Below are positions 19,201 through 24,329 of a stretch of 24,329 nt of DNA, in pieces. The stretch spans positions 1-24,329 of the IMG/VR virus record IMGVR_UViG_3300012953_000221; one strand, 5' to 3'. This DNA is from a virus (taxonomy: Duplodnaviria > Caudoviricetes). The position numbers and the translations under genes are program-made. The notes beneath the pieces are model-generated. The model was not told the DNA's origin. It saw only the letters and a list, made by a program, of their open reading frames with translations, and searched no databases. Numbering within the stretch: position 1 is the stretch's first letter; every line of letters begins with the position of its first letter.

Positions 19201-20947
19201 TACAATAACTACAAAAAGGTCAGGAGGAAATGATACTATTTTAAGAATATCTTTATTCGACAGGAATGATAATCCATTTAATTCAATAAATAGTATAATG
19301 AACAAAGTATATGATAGAGGAATTCAAGACGCAGTTCGAGATATAAATAAAAGACTTATAGAATTAAAAGCTTTAAAAAAGAAAGAAGCAGAGTATAGTA
19401 AACAAAAACAAAAGTTTAATGATGAAAATAAAAAATTAATACAGAAACTTATAGACGCAAAGTTTTTGAAATATGAAGATGGTCAGTATGTAATTTTAGG
19501 GCGACCTGATAATGCTTTTTCAACTTTGAAAGAACAGCTTAAGTCTTTTATGCCCGCTATAAATTATGGTTCAAGTAACTCTGCAGTTATTGATGCAAGT
19601 ATATCTACAATAAACGAAGCAAAACTAAATACTGTCTATATGACAAGGCCAGACAGAAATGATAATACAGTTAAAACAAGAGTAAGATATAAACAAGATT
19701 TACCGCTAAGAATTCTTCCTTCTCAAGCTAACATAACAATGTTTGGTTGTCCTTTTGTAAATTTTGCTCAATATATATTTTTAGACTTTGAAACAAATAC
19801 AACTATAGATAATCAATATGCTGTTACTGGTATCAAACATGAAATGACTCCTGGCAAGTTTACAACAAGTCTAACGTTAGCATATGGTGATGCATTTGGT
19901 AAATATGAAACTGTTGTTGATACGCTAACAAGAACTGTAAATGAAGATGCAGATAGAAAAAGAACAAAGTCAAAAAAAAATTTGCAAGATGCTTTCTACT
20001 ATGATGATGAAAAAAATAAAAATAATATTAGTAAATTAGGAATAGATCAAAAGGGAAAGACAATTGATAGAATTACTGATGTCAATTTAAAGTCACTCGG
20101 AGATGGTTTTCAACTACAAATCAAATATCCTAAATTAGGAGAGGCCTATTTAAATGTTCATGATGTTAGAGTAGTTAATAAGCAAGAAAATTTTCAACCT
20201 TTTTATAGATTAGATCATCTTATGAGTAACGATAAATTATTTATAAACTTACATGATTTGATATTGTGTCTTCCTGTTGATTTAACAAGCAGGAAAAAAG
20301 AAATATATATCGACATTAAAGATAAAGTATTCGCAAATTACAAAATAAACTATTTTCCAAAATTATCAATTCTAAAATTTATAGAATTATTTAAAAATAA
20401 TAATAAAATATTTAAAGAAACTGAAGATCCTGAAAAATTTTTTGAGTGGTTTGTCAATAACAACATGGACTTTTTTAAAGTAGCAATTAAACTATATATT
20501 ACACCTATTTTAAAAATAACAGTACCGGAAGCTAAAAATTACAAAGAATTATTTATTAACAAAGAAGGTAAAAGTGGAGGGATTGACTTTAGATTTGTAA
20601 ATTATAGTGATTGTGGTTCAGAAATTAGAGAAAAAATAATTAGAAGTTATAGAGACGAATTAAATTTAAAATTTAAAACCGAAATCAATATCAAACATGA
20701 AAAAACAAAAAAAGAAGCAGCAGCAAACAATAGAAAAAATAGAAGTAAAAGACCGAGGCCTAAAAGAGAAAAAGCTTATAAGTATGCAATTAATTCAGTA
20801 AAATTTGATTTAAATTCAACTGATTTTATTTTGACAATCAAAGGGAAAAATATTCATAAAAAAGAGTTTCAGAAAAAATTAGATTTAAAAAAAGTCTTAG
20901 AAGATTTTAGTCAGTTTAATACTTTTGTAATTGAGCAAAAAGATTAA
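16250..20947 (+). CDS. Very large baseplate hub-like protein (gp27/gpD/VgrG-N-like)
   Basis: IAIQYGWSH and YIITNSSYNIDKNGQVNIDL in the first half. ANITMFGCPFVNFAQYIFLDF...YAVTGIKHEMTPGKFTTSLTL near 19730-19880 is the typical hub C-terminal barrel. Gene order fits. Confidence 0.65.
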   Translation: MSIPSLRKSKISRFVPMMSNDEVIKQLLTPVNNNDPKKQTAKALNSRLFSESNLEEIKTIVSQTNFDKPKFQSVLNNLVSSVLVTTFHSLSIDISFTSEIIQHICQEVRTEIKRNEISLGIKNDNNKIKSLQIVILNQIGEYVKIIHEDYKISLNKEIVENKPPTDNEYTYLSDTNFCIKKYHNIKKENKSKLYHHKSQFGLLGHTTKKNKKKLKEPALNEEIVVPRNGLPKRSTVFNTAEIINYKLKKQSDQTDSDISKFLNQVDDSGKLKIRDDKSCSVSFMMMNNPRMRVGTKNSLELSTFLNSLSTIELSKCLPYLDVKFILPRNIETKSEKIFQTSSITQFLDGTPISASDALTSPFYKTLSTNFVRDAGNNRLQRAVETNLSAFTMPQTINNFDELYVGHLSSYAKGEKGNTINHSLFKRNNTIHDYTKPFLTIKSFNIDVAPTQGLMSFKTGRLSLVLHDKSRMSEVAPFIKPDLFGSFGAEIAIQYGWSHMDAIKNPKPSDKVNYFAQFLEENKIYEKYIITNSSYNIDKNGQVNIDLAIAMKGPVSIRAINFESNTPQKIDKDYLDGLSTRLKDQEEELIQESNKSIEKNTLSRITSVRPSDFFENIADAIVKEFSHNSDPKKNARPMRTVDAVREANSTAQRKKIRNAKNDQQKIAEIGKFFNAIFKNKNYYVKIKTESNEDIDLADVTAENFNPTDLTNYRRMFVRLYSRTVRLANNAQSKVSGERKKLTEEIEGLLQKLTDGLSIEDPFFDLENIHNVEQISNDKLKTIKTNKNDGIEKPKYDLSKPQGKESVLIYPSSIKGTDSFDGGSHSSLTDYVSLGNIILAVLGSHLAFTRGYDEIQIVSYTLNNNAGLAMNKNVASLLINKEELTSFLFDLFKNGAQYTLESLLTQIIKKFIVTRYCVNYGMRDFYKIDSNSQVSVKDEKKKPDELKKDIDERLEKIHNLMYKGSDDDSFLTEIKFVMPKIKLLFDTITTKRSGGNDTILRISLFDRNDNPFNSINSIMNKVYDRGIQDAVRDINKRLIELKALKKKEAEYSKQKQKFNDENKKLIQKLIDAKFLKYEDGQYVILGRPDNAFSTLKEQLKSFMPAINYGSSNSAVIDASISTINEAKLNTVYMTRPDRNDNTVKTRVRYKQDLPLRILPSQANITMFGCPFVNFAQYIFLDFETNTTIDNQYAVTGIKHEMTPGKFTTSLTLAYGDAFGKYETVVDTLTRTVNEDADRKRTKSKKNLQDAFYYDDEKNKNNISKLGIDQKGKTIDRITDVNLKSLGDGFQLQIKYPKLGEAYLNVHDVRVVNKQENFQPFYRLDHLMSNDKLFINLHDLILCLPVDLTSRKKEIYIDIKDKVFANYKINYFPKLSILKFIELFKNNNKIFKETEDPEKFFEWFVNNNMDFFKVAIKLYITPILKITVPEAKNYKELFINKEGKSGGIDFRFVNYSDCGSEIREKIIRSYRDELNLKFKTEINIKHEKTKKEAAANNRKNRSKRPRPKREKAYKYAINSVKFDLNSTDFILTIKGKNIHKKEFQKKLDLKKVLEDFSQFNTFVIEQKD

Positions 20948-20954
20948 CATTTAC

Positions 20955-20983
20955 GTGTAAATATTTTTATTTTTATTTAAAAT
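20955..20983 (+). promoter_or_regulatory. Candidate early/sigma70-type promoter GTGTAA-N17-TAAAAT
   Basis: Same GTGTAAAT and the same spacing as the copy at 24190-24218. Upstream of the polymerase-like gene. Confidence 0.55.
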
Positions 20984-20990
20984 AATATTT

Positions 20991-22025
20991 ATGGAAACAA
21001 TATTAAGTAAATTATATGATATAGATAAAATAAGTTTATATGACAAATATATTAATATGTTTAGAGTTCCTTCTTCTATAGACATTAAAAATGTATTGCC
21101 TGACTCTATACTTGATCAATATAAAATTGATTGTGAAGAGTTGATTAAAGAAGTTGATGTTTTAGATTCAGAAAAATACTCAAGTAAAATTTTAGAGTAT
21201 AAAGAATTTTTAGAAAAGCTTCAAGAGATAAAGATTAATTCTATTGCTTATAAAGCTTTTTGTGAAGTTGAAAGTAATGAAACGATTTTATCCACGTTAA
21301 GATCTTTTAAACCTACAAAAGGTTTTACAAATAAAGTAAATTACAATCTAACTGGGACAATAACAGGTAGGTTAGTTGTTACTAAAAATTGTCCTAAGGT
21401 GTTAACGTTACCAAGTAGATGTAGAAAGATATTTGAATCATCTTTTGGAAGTGAAGGAAAACTATATAATATTGATTTTGTCTCTTTAGAGCCTAGAGTT
21501 GCAAGAAAGGTATTAGGAAAGCAATGTAAAAATGATATATATGAAGAAATAAAAGAAGATTTAGATATGATTATCGATAGATCTGTTATTAAAAAAGCAA
21601 TAATTTCAGTTTTATATGGTAAACATTCTGATATTGAAGGTATTAGTAGAGAAAAATCACAAATTATTTTAAAGTGTGTAAAAGAATATTTTTCTATTAT
21701 AGAATTATATGAAATTGCAAATCAAATACATCACAATAAATTTCGAAAAAACTTTTATGGTCGACCAATATTAAATTTAAATGAAGAAAAAACTAATAAA
21801 ATTATTAATAACTTCATACAATCTACAGCAGTAGATATATCATTAATGTATTTTAGCAGTCTTACTAAATTATTTAAAGATAAAATTAGACCTTTATTTG
21901 TTTTACATGATGCTTTTATAGTAGATGTACACAATAAATATGCAAAAGAATTTATTAATGAAGTCAATAAAGGCTTTATGTGTCAAAAACTTGGATACTT
22001 CCCGATTGAAATTAAGGAATATTAA
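20991..22025 (+). CDS. Minimal family A DNA polymerase domain (no exonuclease domain)
   Basis: TITGRL, motif A DFVSLEPR (from 21474), motif B RSVIKKAIISVLYG (21579-21620), FYGRP, NNFIQSTAVD, and motif C LHDA (HDA at 21906-21914). Confidence 0.85.
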   Translation: METILSKLYDIDKISLYDKYINMFRVPSSIDIKNVLPDSILDQYKIDCEELIKEVDVLDSEKYSSKILEYKEFLEKLQEIKINSIAYKAFCEVESNETILSTLRSFKPTKGFTNKVNYNLTGTITGRLVVTKNCPKVLTLPSRCRKIFESSFGSEGKLYNIDFVSLEPRVARKVLGKQCKNDIYEEIKEDLDMIIDRSVIKKAIISVLYGKHSDIEGISREKSQIILKCVKEYFSIIELYEIANQIHHNKFRKNFYGRPILNLNEEKTNKIINNFIQSTAVDISLMYFSSLTKLFKDKIRPLFVLHDAFIVDVHNKYAKEFINEVNKGFMCQKLGYFPIEIKEY

Positions 22026-22030
22026 GGAAT
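22011..22030 (+). repeat. Perfect 10-bp tandem repeat ATTAAGGAAT x2
   Basis: Directly visible. The second copy contains the polymerase stop codon and the AAGGA RBS of the next gene. Confidence 0.85.
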
Positions 22031-22036
22031 ATAAAA

Positions 22037-22645
22037 TTGAATTTAAAAGAAAGAGATTTAGAAAAACTCTGGGGTAACTACGAAAATCTTGCAAAGATAA
22101 CAAAATCAGAAAACTTTTTAAACCTTATAGAAGCACAAGGCCAAAGAATTTTAGAATGCTCATATTCACAAAGAGTTTCTGAGCCTTTTTGTGGAGTTGG
22201 TGGACTAGTAGAGTATTCTTTAGAACTGTTAAAAACATGTAAGAAACTTAATGAAACTCTAGGATATGAAGTTAATCCAGTATCAATGATAAAAGTATGC
22301 CTATTATCAGACATTGGTAGGATTGGTGATTTAGCACATGATAGATTTATTATTTGTGAGTCTGAGTGGCATAAAGAAAAGCTTGGACAATACTTTGATT
22401 GGAACGAATCCTGTACTAAGTTTAATATTCAAGACATGTCTTTGTGGTTTGCTCAAAACTATAATATTAAATTATCATGGAATGAATGGCAAGCTATTTT
22501 ATTATCTAAAGACTTTACTAGCGATGAAAATAAGTTTTATTCTTCGTATAGAGAGAGATTAGCTATTCTAGTCAATATGGCTAAACAAACTGTTTTAAAA
22601 AACGAAAGTGATAAAATAAAAGGAGTTTTTACAATTCCTTTCTGA
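22037..22645 (+). CDS. HD-domain-family protein (YhaM-like phage type), apparently catalytically degenerate
   Basis: GGLVEYSL, LLSDIGRIG, EWHKEKLG and EWQAILLS follow the HD scaffold (GGLxxHSL, LLHDxGK, ExxAIxxH) but lack the histidines. TTG start with an AAGGA RBS. Confidence 0.7.
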   Translation: MNLKERDLEKLWGNYENLAKITKSENFLNLIEAQGQRILECSYSQRVSEPFCGVGGLVEYSLELLKTCKKLNETLGYEVNPVSMIKVCLLSDIGRIGDLAHDRFIICESEWHKEKLGQYFDWNESCTKFNIQDMSLWFAQNYNIKLSWNEWQAILLSKDFTSDENKFYSSYRERLAILVNMAKQTVLKNESDKIKGVFTIPF

Positions 22646-22691
22646 TTTAGATGCTTAAAATGATATTTACTTAATAATTAATGAGGTTTTT

Positions 22692-24188
22692 ATGAATAAT
22701 AAAATTTATGAATTAGTGATTAGTAAATTATTGAGCGAGTTTAGTTCTATGGGTGGTGGTGCTGTTGGAGGCGTTTCAACACCTTTAGGCACTGGACCTA
22801 AGGCAGGTAGCAAAGGAGAAAATATTTATAAGTCTTCAAAAGCTACAGATAAAAAACATAGAAGTAAAAGAAAGAAAAAACCTAAAGTAAGATCAGTTCA
22901 ATGGTATCTTAAGAACGGACCTTCTAAAAAAATTAAAGAAGTATTAAGTTATTATTCAGGTATTAGTCTAAGTGAAGCTAGAACTTCAAGAATTAAAGAT
23001 TTTAAAAAGTCTGAAATTATTAGTTTTTTAAATTATTTAAAAGGTGAAGTGTCAGATGACATATCTTTTTCTGCAACAGAAAAAATAGCTGGACAATCTA
23101 TGACAGTAGGTATTAGGCCTGAATGGAAATATGATAAATATAAACGTAAACCTGTTTTTAAAAATATTATTTACTGTGCTACGAAAGATAGATTAATAGA
23201 AAAAGGTGGAAATATTTTTGATAAAAGCTTTATGTACTCAGATGGTACTTCTGGTCTTGTTAAAAGAGCCTTTAAAGAAAATTTTAGAAAGCTTAAAAAA
23301 GGTGAAGAAATAGTTTTAGGAATGGAAATAGTGATCAATGACAAAAGAAAACCTGATTATATAGCTTATCATGTTCCATTCGGCAAAGAATACGCAGCTA
23401 TATTTAGTATAAAGCCAGAAGGATCATTTACTAGACAAGATGCAAATGATCTATCTGGTCAATATTATAATAAACGTAGAAGAAAAGACTCGACTCTTGA
23501 AGTTTTACTTCCTGAAGATATTCCATTGACACCTGAAGTTGATATAAGTGAAGAGGTACTTAATGAAATAGATGAGTTAATCAGTATAGTACAAAATCTT
23601 CGAACAGGAAGAGGAGGAGATCCAGACACTCCTGTAAAGGCAGATGTAAATAGAGAAGTATCACCTAGAATAAGAAGTTTAGTAAAAATAATTTTTCCTA
23701 GTAGTAATTTAAACACTTCAAGCCCTATTGAAGGAATTGCTGTAAATATGAAATCAGGAGATAATACTTCTTTCTTTAAAGTACCTAGTGAAGAATTTGA
23801 TAAATTACAAAGTGTACAGTCTGTAGTATATGCTGAGTTTAGAGGTAATAGATACTCTAATTCTATTATAAGAGCAAAAGGATTTTTAGAGCAACTAAAT
23901 AATCCTACTACTAGTCAGTCTTTTGCAAGAAATACATTTAAACTAGTTAAATATTTAAACGATACTGAAACTTTACCTTTGAATTATAGAACATTTTTTA
24001 GCCCGTCAAAGTTTAAGATTTTTTGTAAGACGCTAAAAACTGGTCTAGAAAATTCAGATATAGATACAATAGCTAGTGCTATTGATATATTTTCTAAAAG
24101 ACTTTATATTTCTCAAGGAACAGAAACATTCAGATCAGTAGAATCTGAAGCTCTTGTTCAATTTATTGAACAAAATAATTTAATTTAA
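22692..24188 (+). CDS. Hypothetical protein with ligase/nucleotidyltransferase-like motifs and a possible head-packaging leader
   Basis: TEKIAG (23076-23093), GMEIV, EGIAV (23730-23744) and FFKV resemble ligase motifs I, III, IV and V in order. N-terminus is LLSE-FSSMGGGAVGGVSTPLG followed by a basic stretch. GAGGT RBS. Confidence 0.5.
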   Translation: MNNKIYELVISKLLSEFSSMGGGAVGGVSTPLGTGPKAGSKGENIYKSSKATDKKHRSKRKKKPKVRSVQWYLKNGPSKKIKEVLSYYSGISLSEARTSRIKDFKKSEIISFLNYLKGEVSDDISFSATEKIAGQSMTVGIRPEWKYDKYKRKPVFKNIIYCATKDRLIEKGGNIFDKSFMYSDGTSGLVKRAFKENFRKLKKGEEIVLGMEIVINDKRKPDYIAYHVPFGKEYAAIFSIKPEGSFTRQDANDLSGQYYNKRRRKDSTLEVLLPEDIPLTPEVDISEEVLNEIDELISIVQNLRTGRGGDPDTPVKADVNREVSPRIRSLVKIIFPSSNLNTSSPIEGIAVNMKSGDNTSFFKVPSEEFDKLQSVQSVVYAEFRGNRYSNSIIRAKGFLEQLNNPTTSQSFARNTFKLVKYLNDTETLPLNYRTFFSPSKFKIFCKTLKTGLENSDIDTIASAIDIFSKRLYISQGTETFRSVESEALVQFIEQNNLI

Positions 24189-24189
24189 T

Positions 24190-24218
24190 GTGTAAATTTA
24201 AAAAATTAATAATATAAT
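24190..24218 (+). promoter_or_regulatory. Candidate early/sigma70-type promoter GTGTAA-N17-TATAAT
   Basis: Perfect TATAAT at 24213-24218. Matches the 20955-20983 element. Confidence 0.65.
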
Positions 24219-24246
24219 GTAAAACGTAATTGGTCATCCATATACC

Positions 24247-24278
24247 AATTAAAAAATTAAACAATTAAAAAATAAAAA
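24247..24278 (+). repeat. Four 8-nt tandem units (AATTAAAA AATTAAAC AATTAAAA AATAAAAA) in a 5' leader
   Basis: Directly visible. Starts within the 3' arm of the hairpin at 24227-24251 and ends just before the GAAAGGA RBS (24282-24288). Confidence 0.7.
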
Positions 24279-24298
24279 TTTGAAAGGACAAATTTAAT

Positions 24299-24329
24299 AT
24301 GGCAATCGATATGTCTGCAATTCGCAAGA
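24299..24329 (+). CDS. 5' end of a truncated gene (MAIDMSAIRK...), probably a gp32-like ssDNA-binding protein
   Basis: Strong RBS and its own candidate promoter. The N-terminus resembles the MAID/LxAIRxKL start of phage gp32-like SSBs. Only 10 codons are visible. Confidence 0.5.
   Translation, partial: MAIDMSAIRK

Noticed and set aside
1-20947. Bacterial eCIS/T6SS/tailocin locus instead of a phage
   Set aside because: No host housekeeping genes or Afp15-like ATPase are visible, and the module runs directly into phage-type replication genes. This cannot be fully excluded from this window alone.
22660-22682. Late-promoter variant (GATATTTA / ATAATTAA) upstream of the 498-aa gene
   Set aside because: Too loose a match to ATATATAA in such AT-rich sequence to call.
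3164-23716. Other short antisense or nested ORFs (63-99 aa)
   Set aside because: All overlap long plus-strand genes and show no recognisable motifs.
1-24329. Stop-codon reassignment, as seen in some large phages
   Set aside because: ORFs tile the window in the standard code, and TAA, TGA (4831, 22645) and TAG (5045) all end genes at sensible positions.
1-24329. CRISPR array, tRNA, intron/intein or transposase
   Set aside because: Intergenic gaps are at most about 120 nt and show no repeat-spacer or cloverleaf pattern. No integrase, transposase, homing endonuclease or intein motifs were recognised.

Overview
A strongly AT-rich, gene-dense, all-plus-strand window that reads as part of a large myovirus-type (probably jumbo) phage genome in the standard genetic code. 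Bases 7-20947 form a contractile-tail module. It holds a gp19-like tail tube, a terminator, a very large and divergent sheath-like protein, and a Zn-finger tail/baseplate assembly chaperone overlapping a small partner ORF across a T7 slippery site. Next come two tandem, clearly paralogous tape-measure-like proteins (1271 and 1318 aa), a tube-initiator-like protein with a hydrophobic N-terminus, a gpX/gp53-like small protein and a 1565-aa hub-like protein. Bases 20991-24329 hold a minimal family A DNA polymerase domain, an HD-family protein that appears to have lost most of its metal ligands, a ligase-fold-like protein with a possible head-packaging leader, and the first 10 codons of a probable SSB. 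That last gene has a leader resembling an autoregulatory operator. Two candidate promoter classes track the two modules. All family calls come from motif recognition by eye; no database search was run.
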